Origin: Acetobacteraceae bacterium
GTDB lineage: Bacteria; Pseudomonadota; Alphaproteobacteria; Acetobacterales; Acetobacteraceae
DNA length: 34,961 nt
Direction of reading: 5' to 3'
Assembly: GCA_030044345.1 (NCBI GenBank)
Contig: JASHVY010000433.1
Location: forward strand, 1 to 34,961
How positions within the stretch are numbered: the first letter of the stretch is position 1; each line of letters begins with the position of its first letter. A program made the position numbers and the translations under genes. This document shows positions 10,897-20,925 of the stretch, piece by piece. The notes under the pieces were generated by a model that was not told the DNA's origin, made no database searches, and saw only the letters and a list, made by a program, of their open reading frames with translations.

Positions 10897-10930
10897 CAGG
10901 CCCATGGTTGCCAGGCCCATGGTTGCCAGG
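10897..10930. repeat. Tandem 15-bp repeat, 2.3 copies (CAGGCCCATGGTTGC x2 + CAGG), upstream of aroE
   Basis: Read directly: identical units at 10897-10911 and 10912-10926, then a partial unit at 10927-10930. Each unit contains a CCATGG palindrome. The repeat is 29 nt upstream of the preferred aroE ATG. Confidence 0.9.
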
Positions 10931-10958
10931 AATGCGTCGGGTGTGTTTCGTTTCATAC

Positions 10959-11810
10959 ATGCCGACTCTTTCCGGTCGGGCACGGCTTGCCGGAATTCTC
11001 GGCTGGCCGGTCGCCCATTCCCGTTCGCCCCGGCTGCATGGATTCTGGCTTGAGCGCCATCGGATCGACGGGGCCTATGTCCCGCTCGCCGTGCCGCCCG
11101 AGCAGCTCGGCCTTGGCCTGCGCGGGCTGCTGGCCTGCGGCTTTCGCGGCTGCAATGTGACGCTCCCGCACAAGGAGGCCGCGTACGCGCTTTGCGATAC
11201 GCTCAGCGAATCGGCGCGGCGTGTGCATGCGGTGAATACGCTCTTTTTCCACAACGGCAGGATTCACGGCAACAGCACGGATGGCGCCGGTTTCATCGCC
11301 AATCTCCGTGACCATGGAGTGAATCCCGCCGCCGGCCCCGCGTTGCTGCTCGGCGCCGGCGGTGCCGCGCGCGACATTGCCGCCGCCCTGCTGGATGAAG
11401 GTGCGAAGGTCTCCGTGACCAATCGCACCCCCGAACGCGCGGAAGCTTTGGCGCGCCTGCTTCCCGGGCTCGCCGTCATCGCCTGGAAGGATCGCGCGGC
11501 CGCGCTCGCCGATCAGGCCCTGCTCGTGAACGCCACCTCGGCCGGCATGGCGGACCGGCCTCCACTCGAGATTGCGCTTTCCCGCGCATCATCTTCGCTC
11601 GTCGTTGCGGACATCGTCTATGTTCCGCTGGTGACGCCGCTTCTCGCCGCCGCGCGTGCCCGCGGCCTCGCCACCGTCGGCGGTCTCGGCATGCTGCTGC
11701 ACCAGGCGGTGGAAGGATTCGCCGCCTGGTTCGACATCGTTCCCGCGGTGGACCGGGAGCTTTTCGAATTCGTCGCCCAGGACCTCATCCCCGCCAAAAG
11801 CAGAGATTGA
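10959..11810 (+). CDS. aroE: Shikimate 5-dehydrogenase
   Basis: MPTLSGRARLAGILGWPVAHSRSPRLHGFWL...GCNVTLPHKEAA...VNTL...GNSTDGAGF...LLGAGGAARDIA. The start is uncertain, with in-frame alternatives at 10932 (ATG) and 10893 (TTG). Confidence 0.88.
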   Translation: MPTLSGRARLAGILGWPVAHSRSPRLHGFWLERHRIDGAYVPLAVPPEQLGLGLRGLLACGFRGCNVTLPHKEAAYALCDTLSESARRVHAVNTLFFHNGRIHGNSTDGAGFIANLRDHGVNPAAGPALLLGAGGAARDIAAALLDEGAKVSVTNRTPERAEALARLLPGLAVIAWKDRAAALADQALLVNATSAGMADRPPLEIALSRASSSLVVADIVYVPLVTPLLAAARARGLATVGGLGMLLHQAVEGFAAWFDIVPAVDRELFEFVAQDLIPAKSRD

Positions 11811-11839
11811 ACGGGGCGGAGACTGACCAGGAGCGCCGA

Positions 11840-12427
11840 ATGCGGGTGATCGGGCTGACCGGAGGGATGGGGATGGGCAAATCGACGGCGGCGGAAATCT
11901 TTCGCCGCGCCCGCATTCCGGTGTTCGATGCCGATCGCGCCGTTCATGATCTCGAGGGGCCGGGCGGCAGCGCAGTCAGGCCGATCGCGGCCGCATTTCC
12001 CGGGGTCGTTACGGATGGCTTCGTGGACCGTGCCCGCTTGCGCGCGCGGATCGTTGCAGATCCAGCCGCGCTCACCCGGCTCGAGTCCATTCTCCATCCG
12101 CTGGTGCGTGCCAAGGAGCGGGCCTTCCTTGCCAGGGCGCGACGCGAACGAAGACGGCTCGTCGTGCTCGATATCCCGCTCCTCATCGAGACCGGCGGCG
12201 AGCAGCGTGTGGACGAGGTGGTGGTGGTTTCCGCACCCGCCGCGGTGCAGCGGGCGCGCCTCGGACGACGAGGAAAGATGCAACCGGGCGAGCTTTCCGC
12301 CATACTCGCCCGGCAAATGCCGGATCGGGAAAAGAGGCGTCGGGCCGATCTCGTGGTGCCGACGGGGCTCTCCCGCTATCACGGGCAGCGCGTGCTGCGC
12401 CGCCTGATCGGGGAGCTTGTCGCGTGA
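11840..12427 (+). CDS. coaE: Dephospho-CoA kinase
   Basis: ATG at 11840 with CAGGAG upstream. MRVIGLTGGMGMGKSTAAEIF (P-loop)...FDADRAVH...ILHPLV. Classic aroE-coaE-dnaQ synteny. Confidence 0.9.
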   Translation: MRVIGLTGGMGMGKSTAAEIFRRARIPVFDADRAVHDLEGPGGSAVRPIAAAFPGVVTDGFVDRARLRARIVADPAALTRLESILHPLVRAKERAFLARARRERRRLVVLDIPLLIETGGEQRVDEVVVVSAPAAVQRARLGRRGKMQPGELSAILARQMPDREKRRRADLVVPTGLSRYHGQRVLRRLIGELVA

Positions 12428-13098
12428 CGCGATCGGTATTGCTCGATACCGAAACGACCGGTCTCGATCCCGCGCTGGGGCACCGGGTGATCGAAATCGC
12501 AGCGATCGAGCTCGGCAACGATCTGCCGACCGGGAAATTCTTCCACCACCTGCTCGATCCCGAACGCCCGGTTCCGGCGGAGACGACCGCAATCCATGGC
12601 TTCACCGACGCGGATCTCAGAGGCAAGCCGCGCTTTTCGGAAGTGGCGCAGGACCTGCTCGCCTTCCTCGGCGGCGATCCGATCATTGCCCACAACGCGC
12701 CGTTCGACTTCGCCTTCCTCGATGCCGAGCTGGCGATTTGCGGCCTCTCCAGGCTCGATCGCCGGCGGATGGTCGACACGCTCGCCCTCGCGAAGTCCCT
12801 CTTCCCGGGCATGACGAATTCGCTCGACGCGCTCTGCCGGCGCTTTGCGATCGATCTCTCGGAGCGCAGCAGCCACAACGCCCTGCTCGACTGCCGGCTG
12901 CTTGCCGCGGTCTATGTCGAGCTTACCGGCGGGCGGCAGCGCGGCCTCGCGCTCGAACACGCGGCGGGCGCACCGCGTGCGGTGCTTGTCGGCCGGCGCG
13001 AGCGGATACCGCGCCGTATTGTTCCGACGCCCGACGAAACCGCCCGGCACGCCGCATTCCTCGCGCGCTTCAAGGCGCCGCTATGGCAGAAAGATTGA
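12424..13098 (+). CDS. dnaQ: DNA polymerase III epsilon subunit (3'-5' proofreading exonuclease)
   Basis: GTG start overlapping the coaE stop (GTGA). Exo motifs LDTETTGLDP (ExoI), IAHNAPFDFAFL (ExoII) and HNALLDCRLLAAVY (ExoIII). Confidence 0.93.
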   Translation: MTRSVLLDTETTGLDPALGHRVIEIAAIELGNDLPTGKFFHHLLDPERPVPAETTAIHGFTDADLRGKPRFSEVAQDLLAFLGGDPIIAHNAPFDFAFLDAELAICGLSRLDRRRMVDTLALAKSLFPGMTNSLDALCRRFAIDLSERSSHNALLDCRLLAAVYVELTGGRQRGLALEHAAGAPRAVLVGRRERIPRRIVPTPDETARHAAFLARFKAPLWQKD

Positions 13099-15638
13099 GG
13101 ATCTGGCCGTTTCGCCTGTCCGTGCGCCCCGTCGCAGTGGTGGTCGGGCTCGTCATCGTCGCCACACTCGGCGTCTGTGCCGGGTTCGTCGCGGTCTCGG
13201 CCGAGCAGTTGAAATCTGCGCTTGCTGAGGCCCAGCAGGCGCGCGACGTCGATGATGCGACCGAAGGCTTCGCTCGCGCGATGATGGGGGCCGAGCTCAG
13301 CCAGCGGGAGCTTCTGCTCACCGGCAACGCCGCCGATTTCGGCCGCTTCGAGGACGCCGCGGCCCAGACCCGGGCCGCGCTCGATCGGCTTGCCGCCGAG
13401 GTGCCGCAGAATGCCTGGCTCGGCCCGCGGCTCGAGATTCTCTCGCTCCTGGCTCAGACCCACCTCTCCGCGCTCGAAACCGTGGCCCGGGCGCGCATCG
13501 CCGGACCGCATGCGGCGCTGCCGCTGACGCGAGACGTCATCGTGGCGGGCCAGACCGATGCGGCGGCGATCCGGGATGCGATCGCGGAGATCAGCGAAGA
13601 AGCCGCGGTGCGCCGCCGCGGCGACACCGTCGCCCTGGAGCAGGGCCGCGAACAGGTCGTGCTTGGCCTCACGGTCGCAACGGTGGCGGGGACGCTGCTG
13701 GTCGGCGTTGCCACGGTCAGCATTCTGCTCAGCCGCCGCCGGCGGCTCGCGGTGCAGGCGAGCCTGCGCCGCGAAAGCGAGCGGCTCGCCGCCATGGTCA
13801 ATCATATCCGTGACGGCGTTGCGGTGTTCGACCCCCAGGATCGGCTGGCGCTCTGGAACACCGCCTTCTTCCCGACGACAGGCCTTCCGCCCGAGCTCGG
13901 CAGGAGAGGCACGAGTTTTGCCCGCTTCGCCGCCGCCGCAGCCGACTGGTTCCCTCCGTTGCTCGACGAGCCGCGCCCGCGGGCCGAGCCGGTCGTGGCG
14001 GAAATGCACCGGCAGGGGCGGGTGCTCGAGGTCTGGCGCAGCGCGCTGCCGGACGGTGGCCAGATCCTCGCCGTGGCCGACATTTCCAAACGGGTCGAGG
14101 CCGAGCAGATGGCGCGCCAGGCGCAGAAGATGGACGCGCTCGGCCAGCTCACCGGCGGCATCGCCCACGACATGAGCAACCTGCTGCAGGTCATCTCGGC
14201 CAATCTCGAGCAGCTCGCAAGCGGGCTGCCGGCCGAAGGAGGCTTGCGCACACGGCTCGACTCGGCGATGGCCGGCGTTGCCCGCGGCGCCAACCTGACC
14301 CGGCACCTGCTTGCCTTCGCCCGCCGCCAGCCGCTCGCGAGCGAAGTGATCGCGCCCGGCGAGCTCCTGGAAGGAACGGCCGAGCTCCTGCGCCGGACGC
14401 TCGGAGAGATGTACGAAGTCCGTCTCGCGCTCGACGAGCGCGAGACCTTATGGACCATCCGCACGGACCCGCAGCAGCTCGAGAATGCGGTCCTCAATCT
14501 CGCCCTCAATGCGCGGGATGCCATGCCCGAGGGCGGGCGGCTGGTGATCATCGTCACCAACCGGGTGCTCGACGAGAGCTATGCCGCCCATCATGCCGAG
14601 GTGACACCGGGCCAGTACGTGATGATCGCGGTGGCGGATACCGGCAAGGGCATGGGCGCGGAGCAGATCGTGCGCGCCGTGGAGCCCTTCTACACCACTA
14701 AGGGCACAGGCCATGGCACCGGCCTCGGCCTTTCCATGGTCTATGGGCTGGTCCGCCAGAGCGGCGGCCATCTGCATATCGACAGCGCTCCGAGCGAGGG
14801 AACCACCGTCAGGCTCTATATCCCGCGCACGCACATCCCGCTCACCGCGCCGGTCCGCCCGCATCAGCCCACGCTCGCCGCCAACGAGCTCGTGCTGGTG
14901 GTGGAGGATGACCAGGCCGTGCGCGCGGCCGCGGTCAGCAGCCTGCGCGATCTCGGCTACCGTACCCTCGAGGCCGAGAATGCTGACGCGGCCCTCGCGT
15001 TCCTCCGCGCCGGCGCCAAGCCCGACGTGCTGTTCACCGATGTGGTGATGCCCGGCAATGTCGGAGCGACCGAGCTCTCGCATGCGGCCCGCACGATGCT
15101 GCCGGGTATCGCGGTGCTTTTCACGACCGGCTACACGGACAATCCGAGCCTCTCCACCGAGCTGCTCGAGCCTGGAGCGAGGCTCCTGCGCAAGCCCTGG
15201 ACACGCTCCGTCCTCGCCGACGCCATTCGCCAGGCCTTGCGGACGGCACTCGCCGAGCGTGCGCGCCAATTGCCGTCACAAGGGCTCAGAGTACTGCTGG
15301 TCGAGGATGAACCGCTGGTGCGCGAGACGACCGCTGAGCTGCTTGCCGCCATGGGCCACAGCGTGCGCGCCACCGGATCGGCGGCCGAGGCGCGGCTCGC
15401 GGCGAGCGATGCCGATCTGGTGATCGCCGATGCCGGGCTGCCGGACGCCGACGGAGCTCGGCTCGTTGCGGAGTTCCTCAAGGAACGGCCGAATCTGCCG
15501 ACGATCATCGTCTCGGGGCGCGAGGCGCACATGCTGGGCGATCCCGGCGTGATATGGCTCGAAAAGCCCTTCGACGAGGCGCAGCTCCGCCAGGCGATCG
15601 CCTGCGCCTGCGCCAAGACGGAGGCGCGGGCCGCCTAG
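13083..15638 (+). CDS. Hybrid sensor histidine kinase: TM - CHASE3-like periplasmic domain - TM - PAS - HisKA - HATPase - two receiver domains
   Basis: Start is the in-frame ATG at 13083 ([26 protein letters not shown]...). The 222 codons upstream in track ORF 12417.. overlap dnaQ in another frame. CHASE3-like block [23 protein letters not shown]; H-box [16 protein letters not shown]; N/G boxes [22 protein letters not shown] and [11 protein letters not shown]; REC1 LVLVVEDD...LFTDVVMPG...RKP; REC2 RVLLVEDE...[13 protein letters not shown]...EKP. Confidence 0.9.
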   Translation: MAERLRIWPFRLSVRPVAVVVGLVIVATLGVCAGFVAVSAEQLKSALAEAQQARDVDDATEGFARAMMGAELSQRELLLTGNAADFGRFEDAAAQTRAALDRLAAEVPQNAWLGPRLEILSLLAQTHLSALETVARARIAGPHAALPLTRDVIVAGQTDAAAIRDAIAEISEEAAVRRRGDTVALEQGREQVVLGLTVATVAGTLLVGVATVSILLSRRRRLAVQASLRRESERLAAMVNHIRDGVAVFDPQDRLALWNTAFFPTTGLPPELGRRGTSFARFAAAAADWFPPLLDEPRPRAEPVVAEMHRQGRVLEVWRSALPDGGQILAVADISKRVEAEQMARQAQKMDALGQLTGGIAHDMSNLLQVISANLEQLASGLPAEGGLRTRLDSAMAGVARGANLTRHLLAFARRQPLASEVIAPGELLEGTAELLRRTLGEMYEVRLALDERETLWTIRTDPQQLENAVLNLALNARDAMPEGGRLVIIVTNRVLDESYAAHHAEVTPGQYVMIAVADTGKGMGAEQIVRAVEPFYTTKGTGHGTGLGLSMVYGLVRQSGGHLHIDSAPSEGTTVRLYIPRTHIPLTAPVRPHQPTLAANELVLVVEDDQAVRAAAVSSLRDLGYRTLEAENADAALAFLRAGAKPDVLFTDVVMPGNVGATELSHAARTMLPGIAVLFTTGYTDNPSLSTELLEPGARLLRKPWTRSVLADAIRQALRTALAERARQLPSQGLRVLLVEDEPLVRETTAELLAAMGHSVRATGSAAEARLAASDADLVIADAGLPDADGARLVAEFLKERPNLPTIIVSGREAHMLGDPGVIWLEKPFDEAQLRQAIACACAKTEARAA

Positions 15639-15797
15639 CGTGATGACCGAAGGCGGGCTCGCCGCAGGTCTGAATCACGCGGGAAAACAATGACCGACCG
15701 ACGGATTTTGCGGATCAACGGCAGAAGCCCATATTGTTCCGGCTTGGCCCGCCGGGCCGCTCCGTCTGGTGCGTCATCCGGGCGTTCGGAGTTCTCG

Positions 15798-17216
15798 ATG
15801 CGCTATGTTTCCACGCGCGGGCAGGCGCCCGTGCTCGATTTCGCCGGGGTCCTGCTGGCCGGGCTTGCCGAGGATGGCGGGCTCTATGTGCCGGAAACCT
15901 GGCCCAGCTTCTCGGCCGCCGAGATTCGCGCCCTGCGGGGCCTTCCCTATGCCGAGCTGGCGGCGAGGGTGATGGCTCCGTTCGTGGGCGAGGCGATGCC
16001 GCGCCTCGAGCGGCTTTGTGAAGAGGCTTATGTCGGCTTCGACCACCCTGCGGTGGTGCCGCTCATGCAGCTCGAGACCGGGCTCTGGGTCCAGGAACTG
16101 TTCCACGGACCAACGCTCGCCTTCAAGGACCTCGCGCTGCAGCTCGTCGGGCGGATGTTCGAGGAGGTTCTGCGCGGCGAACGTCTCACCATCGTCGGCG
16201 CGACATCGGGCGACACGGGTGCTGCGGCAATCGAGGCGCTCAAGGACCGAAGCGGCATCGCGATCGCCATCCTCCACCCCGAGGGACGGGTGAGCGAGGT
16301 GCAGCGCCGGCAGATGACGACGACAGCTTCGGCCAACGTGGCCAATATCGCCATCAGGGGCAGCTTCGATGACTGCCAGGACCTCGTGAAGGCGATGTTC
16401 GCCGATGCGGAGTTCCGCCGCGAGATGCGGCTTTCCGCGGTCAACTCGATCAACTGGGCGCGGATCGCCGCGCAGATCCCCTATTATTTCGCGGCCGCCC
16501 TCGCCCTCGGTGCGCCCGAGCGGGAAGTCGCGTTCAGCGTGCCGACCGGCAATTTCGGCAATGTGCTGGCGGCCTGGGCGGCGGCAAGGATGGGGCTGCC
16601 CGTCGCCCGGCTCATCGTTGCCTGCAACCAGAACGATATCCTGGCGCGTTTCCTTGCGGCGAACGATATGTCCGTCCGTCCCGTCCTGCCGTCCCTGGCC
16701 CCCTCGATGGATATCCAGGTGAGCTCGAATTTCGAGCGCCTGCTGTTCGAGCTCCTCGATCGCGATCCGCAGGCGGTGGAGCGGATCATGCTCGGCTTCC
16801 GCCGGGAGGGACGAATGGCGGTGCCCGCCGCGGCTTGGGAGCGGATGCGGGCGGTCTTCTCCGGCTTCGCGCTCGACGATGCGGGAACCGAGGCGGAGAT
16901 CGGGCGGCTCCACAGGGTTTCGGGCTATCTCGCCGACCCGCACAGCGCGATCGGGATCGCCGGCGCCCGCGACGCTTCGATCGCCGGCAGGATCGCGCCA
17001 TCGGTGCCCCGGATCGCAGCAGCGACGGCGCATCCGGCCAAGTTCGCTCCGGCGGTCGAGCGGGCGAGCGGAGTGCGGCCCACCCTTCCCGCCCGGCTTG
17101 CCGACCTTTATCAACGGCCCGAGCACTGCGCCGTGGCCGGAAACGACCTTGTTGCCGTCGAGGGACTGGTGCGCGCCCTCGCCGAGCGAACCGCCGGTTT
17201 GGGGATTGCCGCATGA
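15798..17216 (+). CDS. thrC: Threonine synthase
   Basis: MRYVSTRGQAPVLDFAGVLLAGLAEDGGLYVPETWP...HGPTLAFKDLALQ (PLP lysine)...GATSGDTGAAA...SINWARI. The first 36 codons of the track ORF are a non-homologous extension. Confidence 0.93.
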   Translation: MRYVSTRGQAPVLDFAGVLLAGLAEDGGLYVPETWPSFSAAEIRALRGLPYAELAARVMAPFVGEAMPRLERLCEEAYVGFDHPAVVPLMQLETGLWVQELFHGPTLAFKDLALQLVGRMFEEVLRGERLTIVGATSGDTGAAAIEALKDRSGIAIAILHPEGRVSEVQRRQMTTTASANVANIAIRGSFDDCQDLVKAMFADAEFRREMRLSAVNSINWARIAAQIPYYFAAALALGAPEREVAFSVPTGNFGNVLAAWAAARMGLPVARLIVACNQNDILARFLAANDMSVRPVLPSLAPSMDIQVSSNFERLLFELLDRDPQAVERIMLGFRREGRMAVPAAAWERMRAVFSGFALDDAGTEAEIGRLHRVSGYLADPHSAIGIAGARDASIAGRIAPSVPRIAAATAHPAKFAPAVERASGVRPTLPARLADLYQRPEHCAVAGNDLVAVEGLVRALAERTAGLGIAA

Positions 17217-18481
17217 ACGATGAAAATGTCCGCGTGACCCGCCTCGCCTCCGGCCTCACCGTGATCACCGAGGAGATGAAGCGGGTGGAGAGCGTCTCGC
17301 TCGGCGCCTATGTCGCCGCGGGCGCGCGTTTCGAGACCGCCGAGGAGAACGGGGTCTCGCATTTCCTCGAGCATATGGCCTTCAAGGGCACCGAGCGACG
17401 CACGGCGGCGGCGATCGCCGAGGAGATCGAATCGGTCGGCGGCCACATCAACGCCTATACGGCACGCGAGCAGACCGCCTATTACGTCAAGCTGCTCAAG
17501 GAGGATCTCGCGCTCGGCGCCGACATCATCGGCGATATCCTTGCCCACAGCACGTTCGAGCCGGAGGAGCTGGAGCGTGAGCGGGCAGTGATCCTCCAGG
17601 AGATCGGTCAGGCGAACGACACGCCCGACGACATCATCTTCGATCACTTCCACGAGGCGGCCTATCCGGAACAGCCGATCGGCCGGCCGGTGCTCGGCAC
17701 GTCCGACGTGATCGAGCGGATCAAGCGCGGCAGCCTGCTTTCCTATATGCAGGCGCATTACGCGGCCGGGAACGTGGTGCTGGCGGCGGCAGGCGCGCTC
17801 AAGCACGAGGAAGTCGTTTCGCTTGCCGAGCTTCATTTCACCGACCTCGTCGAGCGCGTGCCGCCGCCCGCGGTGCCGGCGCATTACAGCGGCGGGGAGT
17901 ATCGCGAGACCCGCGAGCTCGATCAGGTGCACGTGGTGCTCGGCTTTCCATCGGCCGCTTATGCCGATCCCGATTTCTACGCGGTGCTGTTGCTGGCGAC
18001 TCTGCTCGGCGGCGGCATGTCCTCTCGCCTCTTCCAGGAGGTGCGGGAAAAACGCGGCCTCGTCTATTCGATCTACAGCTTCACCGAGCCTTATCGGGAT
18101 GGCGGCCTCTTCGGCATCTATGGCGGCACGGGCGAGCGCGAGGTGGAAGAGCTGATGCCGGTGGTGCTCGAGGAGCTGCGCAAGGTCCAGAAGGACGTGG
18201 CCGAGGCGGAGCTCGCGCGGGCACGGGCCCAGGTGAAGGCCTCGCTGCTGATGTCGCTCGAAAGCACTGGCAGCCGTTGTGAGCAGCTCGCCCGGCAATG
18301 GCAGGTGTTCGGCCGCGTCATCCCGGTCGCCGAGACGGTGGCGAAGATCAATGCGGTGACGCCGGAGGAAATCGGCCGGGCCGCCGCACGGCTCTTCCGC
18401 GCGCCGCCGACGCTTGCCGTGCTCGGCCCGGCGGCGCGTGTGCCGGAGCTCGCGGCGATCGCCGGACGGCTCGCTGCATGA
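17213..18481 (+). CDS. M16-family (pitrilysin-like) zinc metallopeptidase
   Basis: ATGA overlap with the thrC stop. MNDENVRVTRLASGLTVITEEM...GVSHFLEHMAFKGT (HxxEH inverted zinc motif)...GGHINAYTAREQTAYY. Confidence 0.9.
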   Translation: MNDENVRVTRLASGLTVITEEMKRVESVSLGAYVAAGARFETAEENGVSHFLEHMAFKGTERRTAAAIAEEIESVGGHINAYTAREQTAYYVKLLKEDLALGADIIGDILAHSTFEPEELERERAVILQEIGQANDTPDDIIFDHFHEAAYPEQPIGRPVLGTSDVIERIKRGSLLSYMQAHYAAGNVVLAAAGALKHEEVVSLAELHFTDLVERVPPPAVPAHYSGGEYRETRELDQVHVVLGFPSAAYADPDFYAVLLLATLLGGGMSSRLFQEVREKRGLVYSIYSFTEPYRDGGLFGIYGGTGEREVEELMPVVLEELRKVQKDVAEAELARARAQVKASLLMSLESTGSRCEQLARQWQVFGRVIPVAETVAKINAVTPEEIGRAAARLFRAPPTLAVLGPAARVPELAAIAGRLAA

Positions 18482-19815
18482 GCGAGCCTTCTTCGCTCGA
18501 ACTGCTGGCCGATCTTCTGGCCAAGGCGAAGGCGGCGGGCGCGGACGAAGCGGATGCGGTGCTGGTCGGCAATGCCTCCCTCTCGCTCGCGCGCCGCCTC
18601 GGCCGCGTAGAGCATCTGGAGCGGGCGGAGAGCCGCGATCTCGGACTTCGGGTCTTCGTCGGAAAGCGGGCGGCGATCGTCTCGACCGGGCGTGTCCAAC
18701 CCGCAGAATTTGCCGCACTCGCTGTGAAGGCGGTGGCGATGGCGCGGGTGGTGCCGGAAGACCCGCATATCGGGCTTGGTCCGCCCGCAGCGCCGCCGGA
18801 TCCTGCCCCGCTCGATCTCGTCGATCCGGAAGAGCCGTCGGTCGCCACCCTGATCGCCCGCGCCGCTGCGGCGGAGGACGCAGCACTCGCCGTGCCCGGC
18901 GTGACGAACAGCGAAGGTGCCGAGGCGGGCTGGGGACGCGCAGAGGTGGCGCTCGCGACGTCGGCGGGATTTGCCGGCTTCTATGTGCGCACCAGCCATT
19001 CGCTGAGCGCAGCCGCGCTTGCCGGCTCCGGGACGAACATGCAGCGGGATTACGACTACTCGAGCGGCGTGCATCTCACCGATCTCGAGGATCCCGCCGT
19101 GATCGGCGCCAATGCAGGGCGCCGGGCGGTGGCCCGGCTCAAGCCGCGCCGGCCGCCGACGGCTCGGCTGCCTGTGATCTATGAGGCCCGGGTCGCCGGC
19201 AGCCTGCTCGGTCACTTCGCCGCCGCCATCAATGGCGCGACCGTCGCCCGCGGCACCAGCTTCCTCAAGGACCGGATGGGAAGCGCGATCTTCAACCCGG
19301 GAATCACCATCCGCGACGATCCGACCCGCTCGCGCGGCCTGCGTTCGCGCCCCTTCGACGGGGAGGGAATCGCGACCTCCGAGCAGGTGCTGATTGAGAA
19401 CGGAACGCTCAGAAGCTGGATCCTGGATCTCGCGAGCGCGCGGCAGCTCGGCCTCGCCTCGAACGGGCATGCGGCACGCGGAACCTCGGGGCCGCCGCAA
19501 CCGGCGCCGAGCAACCTCTATCTCGCGCCCGGCTCTGTCTCGCCGGAGGCGCTGATGGCGGATATCGGCGAGGGCCTGCTGGTGAGCGAGCTGATCGGGA
19601 TGGGCGTGAACGGCATCACCGGCGACTATAGCCGCGGGGCCGCCGGCTTCATGATCCGCCACGGCGCGATCGCCGAGCCGGTGGCGGAGATCACCATCGC
19701 CGGCAATCTCGTCGATATGTTTGCGACACTCGCCCCGGCCGACGATCTTCGCTTCCGCCGCGGCATCGATTCGCCGAGCGTGCGCGTCGAAGGCTTGACG
19801 ATGGCGGGCGGCTGA
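18478..19815 (+). CDS. pmbA: PmbA/TldE-family metalloprotease component
   Basis: ATGA overlap with the M16 stop. MSEPSSLELLADLLAKAKAAGADEADAVL...RDLGLRVFVGKR...GTSFL...PFDGEGI...NLYLAPG...GLLVSELIGMGVNGITGDYSRGAAGFMI..G is typical of PmbA/TldD-fold proteins. Confidence 0.85.
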   Translation: MSEPSSLELLADLLAKAKAAGADEADAVLVGNASLSLARRLGRVEHLERAESRDLGLRVFVGKRAAIVSTGRVQPAEFAALAVKAVAMARVVPEDPHIGLGPPAAPPDPAPLDLVDPEEPSVATLIARAAAAEDAALAVPGVTNSEGAEAGWGRAEVALATSAGFAGFYVRTSHSLSAAALAGSGTNMQRDYDYSSGVHLTDLEDPAVIGANAGRRAVARLKPRRPPTARLPVIYEARVAGSLLGHFAAAINGATVARGTSFLKDRMGSAIFNPGITIRDDPTRSRGLRSRPFDGEGIATSEQVLIENGTLRSWILDLASARQLGLASNGHAARGTSGPPQPAPSNLYLAPGSVSPEALMADIGEGLLVSELIGMGVNGITGDYSRGAAGFMIRHGAIAEPVAEITIAGNLVDMFATLAPADDLRFRRGIDSPSVRVEGLTMAGG

Positions 19816-19858
19816 CCATCCATCTGCGTGTGACGGCAATGATTCCGGAGCGCCCGGG

Positions 19859-20914
19859 ATGACGGGCCTCGCGATCGGCCGCCACCTGGCGTTCGCGGCG
19901 GCGTTGGCAGTGATCTCCGCTGCCGTGGTGCGCCTGATGATGCGGTTCGGCCCGATCGATCACCCGGATGCGCGCAAAGGACACGCGGTTCCAACACCGA
20001 AAGGTGGCGGTGTCGGGATCGCCGTTTCCTTCCTGATCGGGATCGCCATCCTCTATCGCTTCGCCGAATTCGCGCGGCTCGTCGATCCCTATTTCCGCGG
20101 CGTGATCCTTGCCGCGACGATGATTGCGATCGTCTCCTTCCTTGACGACATTTTTGACTGGCCGTTCGTGGTGAAGCTCGCCGCGCAGCTCGCCGCCGCG
20201 GCGGCGGCGGTGGGCAGCGGGCTCTATCTCCGGGAGCCGCGCATTCCCTATGTCGGCCCTGTCGAGATCGGCTGGCTCGGACCCGCCGCGACGCTCTTCT
20301 GGATCGTTTTCGCGACCAACGCGATGAACTTCATCGACGGGCTCGATGGACTCGCCGGCGGGGTGGCGCTGATCGCCTGCTGTTTCTTCTCCGGCATCGC
20401 CGCCGCGCAGGGCGCGTGGTTCGCCTATTTCGCTTCCCTGCTGCTGGCATCAGGCTTGATCGGCTTTCTGCCGTTCAATCTCCCGCCCGCGCGCATCTTC
20501 ATGGGGGATGTCGGCGCCCAGTTCTGCGGCTTCGTGCTGGCGATGCTGGGCGTCGTCGCGGCCCGCTTCGAGACGGTCGAGCTTTCCTTCGTCATGGTGC
20601 CCATGCTGCTCGCCGGCCCGCTCTTCGATGTGGCCTTCACGCTCGCCCGGCGAATGGTCGCGGGGCTTGCTGTGACACGGCCGCATCGCGGCTTCATCTT
20701 TCACGTGGCCCGACGATCCGGTGTCCCGGGCCTTGCGATCGCAGCGACCCATTGGGGATTTGCGTTGTTCGGAGGCTTCTGCTGCCTCGCGTTCCTGCGT
20801 GCGAGCCCGCTCTTCAAGCCGGTGATCTCGCTGCTGCCGCTCATCCCGCAGCTTGCCTGGCTCGCCTATGTGCAGCGACGCGCATCGCGATCGGCGATCG
20901 CGTCCTGGGATTGA
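19859..20914 (+). CDS. Polyprenyl-phosphate N-acetylhexosamine-1-phosphate transferase, MraY/WecA (glycosyltransferase 4) family
   Basis: About 10-11 TM segments. Motifs …HAVPTPKGGGVGI…, …LDDIFD…, …TNAMNFIDGLDGLAGG… and …FLPFNLPPARIFMGDVGAQF…. Confidence 0.85.
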   Translation: MTGLAIGRHLAFAAALAVISAAVVRLMMRFGPIDHPDARKGHAVPTPKGGGVGIAVSFLIGIAILYRFAEFARLVDPYFRGVILAATMIAIVSFLDDIFDWPFVVKLAAQLAAAAAAVGSGLYLREPRIPYVGPVEIGWLGPAATLFWIVFATNAMNFIDGLDGLAGGVALIACCFFSGIAAAQGAWFAYFASLLLASGLIGFLPFNLPPARIFMGDVGAQFCGFVLAMLGVVAARFETVELSFVMVPMLLAGPLFDVAFTLARRMVAGLAVTRPHRGFIFHVARRSGVPGLAIAATHWGFALFGGFCCLAFLRASPLFKPVISLLPLIPQLAWLAYVQRRASRSAIASWD

Positions 20915-20925
20915 TGCCAGGAATT

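Noticed and set aside
10801-10983. 60-aa minus-strand ORF with ATMGL-ATMGL repeats
   Set aside because: The peptide repeat is simply the 15-bp DNA tandem repeat read in that frame. The ORF would start inside aroE and has no RBS.
12417-13082. N-terminal 222-codon extension of the hybrid kinase ORF
   Set aside because: It overlaps dnaQ in another frame and its translation is Arg/Pro-rich. The kinase signal-anchor sequence begins at the internal ATG at 13083.
17111-19839. Two long minus-strand ORFs (591 aa and 573 aa) opposite the M16 peptidase and pmbA
   Set aside because: Antisense shadows of well-supported plus-strand genes, with Arg/Pro/Gly-rich translations lacking domains.
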